Made by a program: the position numbers and the translations under genes
Shown: one piece after another, positions 46,382 to 55,700 of the stretch
Position numbering within the stretch: the first letter of the stretch is position 1
Layout of the letters: the number at the start of each line of letters is the position of its first letter
Notes under the pieces: generated by a model
Told to the model about the DNA's origin: nothing
Seen by the model: only the letters and a program-made list of their open reading frames with translations
Databases searched by the model: none
Source: an uncultured Candidatus Micrarchaeota archaeon
GTDB taxonomy: Archaea; Micrarchaeota; Micrarchaeia; Norongarragalinales; CAINOH01
Length of the DNA: 64,000 nucleotides
Direction: 5' to 3'
Assembly: GCA_903851445.1 (NCBI GenBank)
Contig: CAINOH010000024.1
Location: 82,080-146,079 of the forward strand

Positions 46382-46438
46382 ATGATGAAACTGTCCCAGT
46401 CTTAGCCGCAAGGCGATGAAGAACGAGGTAGCTTCTGA
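46382..46438 (+). ncRNA. candidate C/D box sRNA (2'-O-methylation guide)
   Basis: Order of elements: ATGATGA (C, 46382-46388), 12 nt AACTGTCCCAGT, CTTA (degenerate D'), spacer, ATGAAGA (C' with 1 mismatch, 46416-46422), 12 nt ACGAGGTAGCTT, CTGA (D, 46435-46438). Lies in a divergent intergenic region. Confidence 0.4.
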
Positions 46439-46509
46439 TACTTTTCCTTTCCGTTCACCGGAAAGAAGGCTGTTGCAATCTTAATATCCGGGCTTTCATA
46501 GACTTTGCT

Positions 46510-48675
46510 ATGCAAAAGGCGCTTGACGCACAGGAAGTCCGGACAGCAGATGCTTTGGAGTGGGCGAGAGCCAGGGCCGCAAGTTTAGGCTACGAGACAC
46601 TCAACCCAATGCAGGTTCACGCAATAGCCTCCGGCTTGCTTAGTGGCGAGAACGTGCTTGTGAGCGCGCCAACCGCTTCCGGAAAGACCCTTCTTGCGCT
46701 CCTTTCGATTGCAAGGCATTTTGAAAGCGATGCTGCAAAGGACGGAAGAAAACTAGTTGTATATGTTGTCCCGCTTCGCGCGCTCGCTTCCGAAAAGTAC
46801 GACGAGTTCAAGACTGCATTCAAGGGTTTCAAAGTAGGAATCTCAACGGGGGACTACGACTCCGGCTCAACGCACCTTTTGCAATATGACCTCCTGGTCA
46901 TGACAAGCGAAAAGCTTGACTCGGTGCTTCGCCACGACAAGGACTTTGCAGGCAAAATCGGGCTTGCGGTGATTGACGAGGTGCACCTCCTTGACGACGA
47001 TTACCGTGGCGCGACTGTTGAGATTGTGCTGACCAAGCTCCTCATCGCGGAAAGCAGGCTCCTCTGCCTTTCGGCAACCGTCCCAAACTACAAGGAAATC
47101 GCAAAGTGGCTCTATGCAAGGCCAATCAAGAGCGACTATCGGCCGACGAAGCTCGAGATAGGCGTTTGCGACAAGAAGTCGCTGGTGTTCGAGGCAAACG
47201 AGGGCGAGCCGGAGGAAATCGACGAGAAGTTCTACCTGGAGAACCTCTGCCGAAAGGCTGTTGTCGGCAGCGCGCAGGGCCTTGCAAAGGACGCCAAGGC
47301 AACCGGCCAGGCAATCGTGTTCGTGGCAACAAGGCCGAGCACCGAAGCTGGCGCGGAGAACGTGTCGGTTGCAATAGCGCCGCACCTTACGCAAGAGCAG
47401 AAGATTTCCCTTGACATCCTTGCAAAAAAAGTGCACGATGCGCTTCCAACTCCAACCACGCAGTGCGCCCGCCTTGCGAAGTGCATCCGCAACGGCACCG
47501 CTTTCCACCACGCGGGCATACCCGAAAAGCAGCGAAAGCTAATTGAGGACGGGTTCAAGAAGGAGCGCACAATCAAGGTCATAGTCGCAACGACCACCCT
47601 TGCGATGGGCGTGGACTACCCCGCGTCCTGGGTGATTGTTCGCGACCTCAAGCGCTTTGGGGGAAACTTCTCATCGTTCATCTCTGCGCTTGAAATCCGG
47701 CAGATGCTCGGAAGGGCAGGAAGGCCGCGCTACGACAAGGTCGGGTATGGCGTGCTCGTATGCAACGCGAGCGAAAAGCGCGAGGTTGCAGAAAAATACA
47801 TCTACGGCGACATGGAGGACATCTACTCCAAGCTCTCCTCCGAGCCCACGCTTCGCATCCACTGCCTTGCGCTGATTGCCTCCAAGTACTGCAACGACTT
47901 CCACTCGCTCTTCGAGTTCTTTTCCAGGACGTTCTTTGCCTGCCACTACGGCTCGACACAGGCATTATTGGAAAAAGTGGAAAACGTTGTCGCAGATTTG
48001 GAACGGATGGGATTCGTTGCAAAGACAAAAAGCGACGCCCTTGTGGCATCGCCGCTTGGAAAGCGCACCAGCGAGCTTTACCTTGACCCGCAGACTGCCT
48101 GCGATTACATAAAGTCGTTCAAGACCGTTGACCTTAACAACTCTATTGGCTTTGTCTGCAACCTGTGCAACTCAACTGAAATGCGGCCCTACCTTTCGGT
48201 CGGACGCGCCGAGGAGCAGAAGCTGTTCGACGATATGTACGCGGCTTCGGTTGAGCTTTACCCTGAATGGGAGTATGACTCGGAAGCGCTGCAGAAGTAC
48301 AAGACCGCACGCGCGCTCAACGCCTGGGCGAACGAGGCAAACGAACAGCAGATGCTCACTGACTTCGACCTTGCGCCGGGAATACTCAACGCGCGGGTGC
48401 GCATCGCAGACTGGCTGTGCTATTCGTATTCCGAGCTTGCAAAGATTGCGGGATTCGAGGCAGTATCACGAAAGGCTTTGGTTTACCAGGAGCGCATCAA
48501 GGACGGGATTAAGGAAGAGCTCATCCCGATTTGCAGGGTGCGCGGGATTGGACGGGTTCGTGGCCGCAAGCTTTTCGAAGCGGGGATTCGCACGCGCGAA
48601 GCGTATGATGCCGCGCCAAAGGACCGCATCAAGGCAATCCTAGGCGGAAAGGCGATGAAGGAAATAGAGGAATAA
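46510..48675 (+). CDS. hel308: Ski2-like DNA helicase Hel308
   Basis: SAPTASGKT, VIDEVHLL and SAT, with C-terminal CRVRGIGRVRGRKLFEAGIRT (HhH domain 5). 721 aa. Confidence 0.8.
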   Translation: MQKALDAQEVRTADALEWARARAASLGYETLNPMQVHAIASGLLSGENVLVSAPTASGKTLLALLSIARHFESDAAKDGRKLVVYVVPLRALASEKYDEFKTAFKGFKVGISTGDYDSGSTHLLQYDLLVMTSEKLDSVLRHDKDFAGKIGLAVIDEVHLLDDDYRGATVEIVLTKLLIAESRLLCLSATVPNYKEIAKWLYARPIKSDYRPTKLEIGVCDKKSLVFEANEGEPEEIDEKFYLENLCRKAVVGSAQGLAKDAKATGQAIVFVATRPSTEAGAENVSVAIAPHLTQEQKISLDILAKKVHDALPTPTTQCARLAKCIRNGTAFHHAGIPEKQRKLIEDGFKKERTIKVIVATTTLAMGVDYPASWVIVRDLKRFGGNFSSFISALEIRQMLGRAGRPRYDKVGYGVLVCNASEKREVAEKYIYGDMEDIYSKLSSEPTLRIHCLALIASKYCNDFHSLFEFFSRTFFACHYGSTQALLEKVENVVADLERMGFVAKTKSDALVASPLGKRTSELYLDPQTACDYIKSFKTVDLNNSIGFVCNLCNSTEMRPYLSVGRAEEQKLFDDMYAASVELYPEWEYDSEALQKYKTARALNAWANEANEQQMLTDFDLAPGILNARVRIADWLCYSYSELAKIAGFEAVSRKALVYQERIKDGIKEELIPICRVRGIGRVRGRKLFEAGIRTREAYDAAPKDRIKAILGGKAMKEIEE

Positions 48676-48957
48676 TCAGAAACGATACGCTTGGTCATGA
48701 TGGGCAAACCGCAATATTTGGACTGTTTTGCTCTTATCATCAACCTGATAGACTAGGACGAAACTGCCAAGGACATGGACGCGGTAACAACCCGCCAACT
48801 GGTGCCTCAGGGGTTTGAACCGGTGCGGAGCCTGAAGTATTTCACTAATTTTGCGTTCAACTGTCTCGGCTAGTGGCTTATTCTTTCGAAAGCGGGAACG
48901 AAAATCAGCATCCGCATCCTTCGAGACACTAAGTGCGTACGCTGTATTCCTTTCCAA
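48676..48957 (-). CDS. RelE-family toxin
   Basis: AYALSVSKDADADFRSRFRKNKPLAETVERKISEILQAPHRFKPLRHQLAGCYRVHVLGSFVLVYQVDDKSKTVQILRFAHHDQAY follows the RelE pattern. The likely TTG start at 48957 overlaps the antitoxin end. The longer ORF-track version (to 49056) is probably an over-extension. Confidence 0.6.
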   Translation of the reverse strand: MERNTAYALSVSKDADADFRSRFRKNKPLAETVERKISEILQAPHRFKPLRHQLAGCYRVHVLGSFVLVYQVDDKSKTVQILRFAHHDQAYRF

Positions 48958-49165
48958 AATCAGCAACCTTCTTGAAAGGCCCTTTCCTCGCCTTTTCCAC
49001 GCTTGCGACAAACTCTGGACGCAGTTCGGGCTCAAGCACAGATTCAGCATAATCACTAATGAGAGCGTTTAGCGCCTCACTCTTGTCACGCAGGCCATAT
49101 TTTGCCTTCACTATGTTTACTACCCGATTGGACGTATCTTCCAAAGTTACGAAACATTGAACCAT
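48929..49165 (-). CDS. putative antitoxin
   Basis: 78 aa immediately upstream of the RelE-like gene, with a palindromic operator upstream. Confidence 0.55.
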   Translation of the reverse strand: MVQCFVTLEDTSNRVVNIVKAKYGLRDKSEALNALISDYAESVLEPELRPEFVASVEKARKGPFKKVADFGKEYSVRT

Positions 49166-49172
49166 ATTAATC

Positions 49173-49186
49173 CCATATTAATATGG
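49173..49186. promoter_or_regulatory. perfect 14-bp palindrome CCATATTAATATGG, putative TA operator
   Basis: Read directly from the sequence. The half-site CCATATTAAT is also repeated at 49162-49171, covering the antitoxin start codon. A TATA-like TATTTATT (minus strand) lies at 49198-49205. Confidence 0.5.
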
Positions 49187-49210
49187 AATTAAGAAGGAAT
49201 AAATACCTAT

Positions 49211-50416
49211 TCAAACACCCTTTCCGACGCGCACGGTCGTAGTCTCGCTGACTTTCTTGAATTCCTCGATTTTTTGCGCGAGCTTGCCCGAGATTTTACC
49301 TTCCGTAAGCGCGGATGCAAGCAATTCGTTGGAGATTGCCGACACTTCAACCCACACCCCGCCATCCTTGAGGATTCTCTCAAGCTTGCGGTAATCGGAA
49401 AGGTCTGCTGAGCGGGTTGGAAACCCGGTGCGCAGGTCGGTCCGCACAAGAAGCCGGTTGTGCTTTCCCTGGATTACGCTGATGCCCTCGGCTTTTGCGA
49501 ACTTGACAACTGCAGCGCGCGCCTTGTCAATCTTGTCAGCGATTTCCTTTTCCTCGGCCTTGAGCTTTGCATACTCCTCAACCAGGGCGACTCCCGGAAT
49601 CCTCTCGTATTCGTTTGCAAGTGACATCTGGACTGTAAGCACGTGCTTCCACTCCGGGCACAGTTCGCGGTACTCGCAGTAGTCGCAAAGGTTGCCCCGC
49701 TTTGACGGGAAGCGACCCCTGTCCTTTGCATCCTCGACATCGTCAATGAGCGCGATGGTTTCCTTGCGAAGGGAGTCGAGCTGGTGCCTGGTGCGCTTGG
49801 AGCGCACTTCCTTGTTGAAGTTCAGGTAGTGCCAAATCAGGTTCACCTGCTTGACGTCCGACCAGGCCTGCTCGATGCCAATCTGGTAAAGCGCAAGCTG
49901 CCTGTCCGAATCAGCCTCCTCCTGCGTCTTGAGATGGTTTCCCGTCTTGTAGTCGTGAATTTCGTAAGTGGAGCTGTCCATCGAGAGCCGGTCAATGTAA
50001 CCTTGCATGCGATAGTCGTCGGACTCGTCAGAAAGCCGCACCACTATGCGCGACTCCAGGCCGATTGTGCGGGTCTGGTCGAAGGGCTTGTACTCTTGGT
50101 AATAGTCCTCGATGCACTTCTTGCCAGTTGCAAAAAAGTGCTTTTCCTCAAGACCCTCCTTTACTATAAGGATTTCCTCGTTCCAGCCCTGCTGCCAAAT
50201 CGTTTTGTAGTATCTGAGCAGCTCGTCAAGGCCCCATTCCTTGGAGTAGCGCAGGTCCTTGTAGAGCTTCTCAAGAACCTCGTGCACGCGCTTTCCCGTG
50301 AATTGCTCTGCGGTCTCCTTGCCCTCCGGAGGCTTTACCCTCGACACATACTTGTAGTCAAAGTGAAGAGGGCAGTTCTCGTAGCAGGACAGCCGCGAGT
50401 GGGAATAGATTTGCAT
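49211..50416 (-). CDS. PD-(D/E)XK nuclease, Cas4/RecB-like with 4-Cys cluster, plus an uncharacterised C-terminal domain
   Basis: N-terminal SRLSCYENCPLHF, GYIDRLS...YEIHDYKTG (D..D/ExK), QLALYQ (QxxxY) and CDYCEYRELC. About 140 further residues have no recognised motif. Confidence 0.65.
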   Translation of the reverse strand: MQIYSHSRLSCYENCPLHFDYKYVSRVKPPEGKETAEQFTGKRVHEVLEKLYKDLRYSKEWGLDELLRYYKTIWQQGWNEEILIVKEGLEEKHFFATGKKCIEDYYQEYKPFDQTRTIGLESRIVVRLSDESDDYRMQGYIDRLSMDSSTYEIHDYKTGNHLKTQEEADSDRQLALYQIGIEQAWSDVKQVNLIWHYLNFNKEVRSKRTRHQLDSLRKETIALIDDVEDAKDRGRFPSKRGNLCDYCEYRELCPEWKHVLTVQMSLANEYERIPGVALVEEYAKLKAEEKEIADKIDKARAAVVKFAKAEGISVIQGKHNRLLVRTDLRTGFPTRSADLSDYRKLERILKDGGVWVEVSAISNELLASALTEGKISGKLAQKIEEFKKVSETTTVRVGKGV

Positions 50417-50471
50417 AGAAATAGGTTAAAGCAGCGGCAATTTAACCGCTTGCGCAGGGGCTCGTTTCCAG

Positions 50472-51110
50472 TTATTTGTTTTCCTTCGGAGGCACGTAAG
50501 TCCACTTGCCGCCAGTAGGCGAGCCGAAGTATCCCTGCGCCACGTCAAGTATTACTGGCGTCCCGTCGTGCGAAGCATAGTGCACCCACGTGTGGCCTCC
50601 GAGCCCGGAAATGCTGTTGCGATGGATTCGCGCCACTCCCCTGATTATTCCGTCTCTTTTGAATAACTCAAGAAGCGCGCCAGCAGCCAATGCCTGGTGC
50701 CTGCACAGGCCAACACCTGACTCGATGAACTTGTCAAGGGGGATCTCTGTATCGTTGTTATACCGTCTTGTCAACGCGTCCACGCGTTTATCGTCATATT
50801 TGAGTGCGCTACGGGCAACATCAAAAACCGAGGAAAGGACGCGGCTTCGCCTTATGCGCCCCTTGTTTTCGTCGTACGCCAGCTTTTTCGCTTTTTCGTA
50901 TAGTTCAAGAAGTCTGGGCCCCTTCGGGTCTACTACGATTGCCTCCCGTTCTCCCTCGCCCATGCAAACCCCGCCTAAGATGGGCGTCTTGTGGGTTATG
51001 ACGTGCCTACCGTTATAGTACGCTTCACCGTTGCGGAAAACTATGCCGGGTTTTCCCGACAGGCGCTCCTTCATCCGGATGGACTTGTTAAAAACCGGTT
51101 CAAAGACCAT
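50472..51110 (-). CDS. transglutaminase-like (papain-fold Cys-His-Asp) protein
   Basis: From ATG 51110. GVGLCRHQALAAGALLELFKRDGIIRGVARI...GGHTWVHY...PVILDVAQ fits the transglutaminase-core pattern C..(FA)...R..GI.(A)R...H.W...D. The ORF-track N-terminal extension overlaps the decarboxylase gene. Confidence 0.5.
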   Translation of the reverse strand: MVFEPVFNKSIRMKERLSGKPGIVFRNGEAYYNGRHVITHKTPILGGVCMGEGEREAIVVDPKGPRLLELYEKAKKLAYDENKGRIRRSRVLSSVFDVARSALKYDDKRVDALTRRYNNDTEIPLDKFIESGVGLCRHQALAAGALLELFKRDGIIRGVARIHRNSISGLGGHTWVHYASHDGTPVILDVAQGYFGSPTGGKWTYVPPKENK

Positions 51111-51163
51111 ACCAATCACTGTGGCCCATTGCGGTTTTATTGGTTTTGGGGATGCGCAATGGC

Positions 51164-52333
51164 TCAAAGATAGAGCACTGCAAGCGGCGGGAAGCCGTTG
51201 AAGCCGTTGCACGAGCACGTTATGGTGTACGCTCCGGCGGTTAGCAGGTAGACCTTGTCGCCTTCCTCTATGTCCTCCGGGAGCGACGCCTTCTTGTACA
51301 TCACGTCGGTGCTGTCGCAAGTCGGGCCTGCAAGGGTCATCTTGACGAGCTTGCCGGACCTTTCGCAGTAAACGGGGTATTTTATGGCCTCCTCAAGGGT
51401 CTCGATCAAGCCGCCAAACAGCCCCACGTCAAGGTAGCACCACTTCCTATGGGCCTTGCGCGAAATGAGCACTACTTCGGACACTATGACCCCTGCATCA
51501 GCAACAAGCGACCTGCCCGGCTCGGTGAAGAGCTCGGGAAAGCCTGCAGGGAAGTGCCTGTGAAGGGACTCGAAAATCGCCTTTGAGTACTCCTCAATGG
51601 ACGGTGTGGGAACGAGATAGCTTGCGGGAAGCCCGCCGCCCAAGTTTATCATCTTAAGCTCGATTCCCTTGGCCTTGGCTTCGGTGAAAATCTGGGCGCA
51701 CTGCTCAAGCGGGTAGTCCCACTGCGTCGGGTCGCGCTGCTGGGAGCCGACGTGGAACGAAATGCCATAAGGGACCAGGCCCTGGTCGTGGGCGAGGTCG
51801 ATGAGTCCTGCAATGTACTCCTTTTTTGTGCCGAACTTCTTTGAAAGCGGCCAGTCAGCTCCCCGGTTGCTCACGAGGAGCCGGAAGAACACCTTGGAAC
51901 CGGGCGCGTTCTCCGCAAGCTTCTCAATGTCCGAAGGCGAGTCCGTTGCGAAGAGCCGTATTCCCTTTTCGTAAGCGTAACGGATGTCCTCAGCTTTCTT
52001 GATGGTGTTGCCGAAGCTCATGCGGTCAGGCGACACGCCAAGGCCCAGCACAAGGTCAAGCTCGAAGCGAGAGGCGATGTCGAAATGCGAGCCCTTGGCC
52101 GCAAGCTCGGAGAGCACCCGCTGGTCGGGGTTTGCCTTGACAGCATAATAGACTTTGACTTGGGGAAAGTTTTTGGTCAGCTCGTCGTATTTTTCCTTAA
52201 CCCTCTCAAGGTCCAGAACTAGGAACGGTGTCTGCTTGTCCTTTGAGAATTCCTTTATCTGCTTGAACTTTTCCTTTGAAATATGCCCGTACAATGAGAA
52301 CGGGCGAGTCAGGCCATTAGACCCATTACCCAT
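51164..52333 (-). CDS. PLP-dependent Orn/DAP/Arg decarboxylase family 2 enzyme (ornithine decarboxylase-like)
   Basis: VYYAVKANPDQRVL (PLP Lys), HVGSQ, GGGLP and CDSTD. Confidence 0.75.
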   Translation of the reverse strand: MGNGSNGLTRPFSLYGHISKEKFKQIKEFSKDKQTPFLVLDLERVKEKYDELTKNFPQVKVYYAVKANPDQRVLSELAAKGSHFDIASRFELDLVLGLGVSPDRMSFGNTIKKAEDIRYAYEKGIRLFATDSPSDIEKLAENAPGSKVFFRLLVSNRGADWPLSKKFGTKKEYIAGLIDLAHDQGLVPYGISFHVGSQQRDPTQWDYPLEQCAQIFTEAKAKGIELKMINLGGGLPASYLVPTPSIEEYSKAIFESLHRHFPAGFPELFTEPGRSLVADAGVIVSEVVLISRKAHRKWCYLDVGLFGGLIETLEEAIKYPVYCERSGKLVKMTLAGPTCDSTDVMYKKASLPEDIEEGDKVYLLTAGAYTITCSCNGFNGFPPLAVLYL

Positions 52334-52484
52334 CTAACACCACTCCGAAGGCAACATGCCCCTAAGAAAAAAACTGATTTATTTTTTCGCAACGAACGTG
52401 CTTTTTTAGGTTTGCATTGGCGCCGGGTCGCAAGGCGCCACCAATAGGATAAAAAGATTATTCCCGCAGTCCGAAAAGAAAAAG

Positions 52485-52557
52485 TGGGGGATCCCAGATT
52501 TGAACTGGGGTCTCCAGCTCCCAAAGCTGGAAGGATGCCAGGCTACCCCAATCCCCC
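52485..52557 (-). tRNA. tRNA-Pro (anticodon TGG)
   Basis: Reverse complement folds with acceptor GGGGGAT/ATCCCCC, anticodon arm CCAGC-TTTGGGA-GCTGG, T arm CCCAG-TTCAAAT-CTGGG, 73 nt. ATAAAA (minus strand) lies 25-30 nt upstream. Confidence 0.9.
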
Positions 52558-52706
52558 ATTAGGCTGGCTTGGATAGAATGGTTTTATGCAGCCAGCAAGT
52601 TTTATGGCTTTTGTGACCATCTAAAGCCAGCTTTTGCCTCCAGATTTGGGTTTAAATTCCTTGCCAGTTTAATTGTGTAAAAACCCACTTGCAGCGTGCA
52701 CGTCAA

Positions 52707-55700
52707 ATGTTCATCAAAAACCTCTCACTGAAGAACTTCAAGTCTTTCAAGAACAACACCATCAGGTTCGAGAGGGGCTTCAACGCGATAGTGGGACCCA
52801 ACGGGAGCGGGAAGTCCGTCAGGGGGGATACCAAAGTACTCTTGTCAAACGGTTCGGTAAAACCAATCTCCGAAATCGTGGAATCCGGGCTGAACAAAGC
52901 GTCGAGCCTCATAGAGTTGGACGACGGCGTTATGACCCTCGAGAACCCTTCTGATTTGAAGGTGGTCGGCCTTGATACTGCGACGATGAGGGCGGTCACG
53001 AGGCCCGTTTCGGCGTTTATCCGCCGCAAAGGAGAGCCGTTCCTCTATGATATTCGTACTGCAAGCGGCAAGAACGTGGTTGCAACGGGGTGCCACCCTG
53101 TCATGGTGTTCAAGGATGGCACGGTGAAGTCGGACCTCGTCGGCAACATGAAGGTCGGAGACCTTTTGGCTACGCCACGCTCGTTAAAAATTGAAAATAA
53201 ACCATCGCCCGTTCTTCTCGGGCAGGGTTTCGTGCTGGAAAACGATTCCGACCACTGGCTTGTATCAAGCAGCACGAACTCACGCTACCTTCGCCACCCC
53301 GTGCGCGTACCGAAACAATGCGATGAGGACTTCGCCCGCTTCATAGGATACCTCGTCGGGGACGGCTACATCGCGCACAACCGGTGCGAGCTAATCAACA
53401 GCGACGAACGCATCATAAAGGATTTCGTTTCCCTGGGCAAGAAATACTTCAACACGGAAGACTGCTATTGCAAGAAGACCGGGAAGGCGACCCGCGTGAT
53501 TTTCTTCAACAGCCTCTTTTCGCTTGTCCTTTCGGACGTATACGCAAAACCGGTTAGTGAACTCAGGTCGGCTGGCAAGACCGTTCCCGGTTTTATTCAG
53601 CAGTCCGGAGACCGGGTAGTCGCCAATTTTCTAGCGGCCCTTTTTGACTGCGATGCAACCGTAAGCAGCAGGACCCCCGAATTCCAACACGTCACGAAAA
53701 GCGAAGAGTTGGCGGACCAAGTCCAGACGCTTCTCCTGCGCTTCGGCATCCATTCAGTCAAAAAGAGGGTCATGAAATGCGCAACGAACACTCTTGCAAA
53801 GACTCGCCGCGCGTACTTCTCGGTTTCCGTTTACGGCAAGGGAGACCTCTCGAAGATTCTTTCGCACATCCCATTCAAGCAGGAACTCAAGCGCAGCCGC
53901 CTGCTTGCACACTCCTTGAAAGAATCCGCAGCGAACCCCAACGTCGACGTCCTGCCTATGCAAGTAAATTATTTGATCCGCGAGGCAGTCCAAAACCTTG
54001 GCATCTGCTACAAGCCCCTCCGAAGCGAATACCCGCGCCTGGCAGCATACATGGAGTCCCGGTGCAACCCGACAAACGAAGGGGTACGCCAGCTTCTTCC
54101 TGTTTTTGAAGAAAAAATGAGCCAGCTCGCCCTGATGCAGTCATCGCTTATGGAAGACAGCGACTCGCTTTTAGCCTCGCTCGACGCGATGAACATTCCG
54201 CACCAGCGGGCAAGTGAATCTATTGACCTTAACAAAGGAGCGATTGCAGTCTGGATGTATTGTGGATTCAGCCCCCGGCCACAGAACTTGCACAAGCTTT
54301 ACTTGTTTGTCAACAACGAGCTCGAACGTCGCATGCGCCGTTCCTCCACGCTAATATCGCAGCTGCGCACAATTTGCTCTTCTGACATCTTCTGGGACAA
54401 AATAGTCTCGATTGAAAAGACCTCGGCGGAGGAGTGGGTCTACGACCTTACGGTTCCGGGGTGCGAGAATTTCGTAGCCAATGGCCTATTCGTGCACAAC
54501 AGCAACGTCATCGACGCGGTGCAGTTCGTGTTCGGAGAGAATCGCGTCCGCGCGCTGCGCGCAAAGAAGATCGGCGACCTCATCTTCACCAACGCAAAGA
54601 TAGGCGAGGTCGAGCTCGAGCTCATGGACGACTCAGGCAACGTGGTCCACAAAATCACGAGGGCAATCCGCAACGACGGGAAGACCAAGTACAGGCTTGA
54701 CGGCAAGACAACCAAGAAGTACGTGATTGAGGATTTCCTTGCTGCCAACAGGATGAGCAGCCACAACATCATCCAGCAGGGCCAAGTGCAGCAGATTGTG
54801 GAGATGTCGTCCAAGGACAGGCGGGGCCTGATTGACGCCATAGCCAACGTCTCGGAATACGAGGACAAGAAGCGCGAGGCGATTTCCAAACTCGAGTCGG
54901 TTCAGCAGAAACTGCGCGAGGCCGCCTCGATTCTTGCCGAGCGCGAGGGCTACATGACCCAGCTCAAGCAGGAAAAGGACGAGGCCGAGATGTACGTGAG
55001 GCTCAAAAAGGAGCTTGAATCCGTCAAGGCCACGCTTTTGAGCCTGACTGCAAACGAGTTGCAGGCTGACTTTGACGCGGTTGTCACCGCGATGCTTGAG
55101 TCTTCCGGAAAGATGGAGAACATCGCTGGCGAGATTATGCAGCTTGAGCAGAAGATAACCGACGCCAACAACGGAAAGCAGAAGGTTGACGAGGAGATAT
55201 TCAAGCGCAGCGAGGGAAAGCAGGTCGAACTGCAGAAGCACATCGACGAGCTGAACAGCAATATCACTATCTCGAAGGCGCTAATCAAGGAAAAGAACGA
55301 GTTCCTCAACAAGTCCGACGAAAAGAAGCGCGTAATAGAGCTTGACGTGATGAAGGCATCCGACGAGGTCAAGGGATTCGCGTCCCAGATTTCCCAGCTT
55401 GAGGACGACCACAAGTCAATGAAGAAGATGTACGAGGACGAGAAGGCAGATTACGACAAGGCTCTCTCGGACAACAACTCGTTTACCAACCAGTTCTACT
55501 CCGCAAAGAAGGCGATGGATGACGCCCAGAACGAGATGCTTGCAACCAAGGAAAAGCTGAACCTCATCCAGGCCGAGGCTTCGATGATACGCGAAAAGCA
55601 GAAGCTCAAGATGGACGAACTGGACCGGCTGCGGCAAGGAAAGTTTGACGATTTTACCGAGAAGAAGAGGAACCTGCACGAGGCGTCCAAGGAATACCAG

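Noticed and set aside
51111-51320. N-terminal extension of the transglutaminase-like ORF
   Set aside because: It overlaps the 3' end of the decarboxylase gene and is Arg/His-rich. The internal ATG at 51110 is preferred.
52309-52524. 71-aa minus-strand ORF
   Set aside because: It overlaps tRNA-Pro(TGG) and the 5' end of the decarboxylase gene, so it is spurious.
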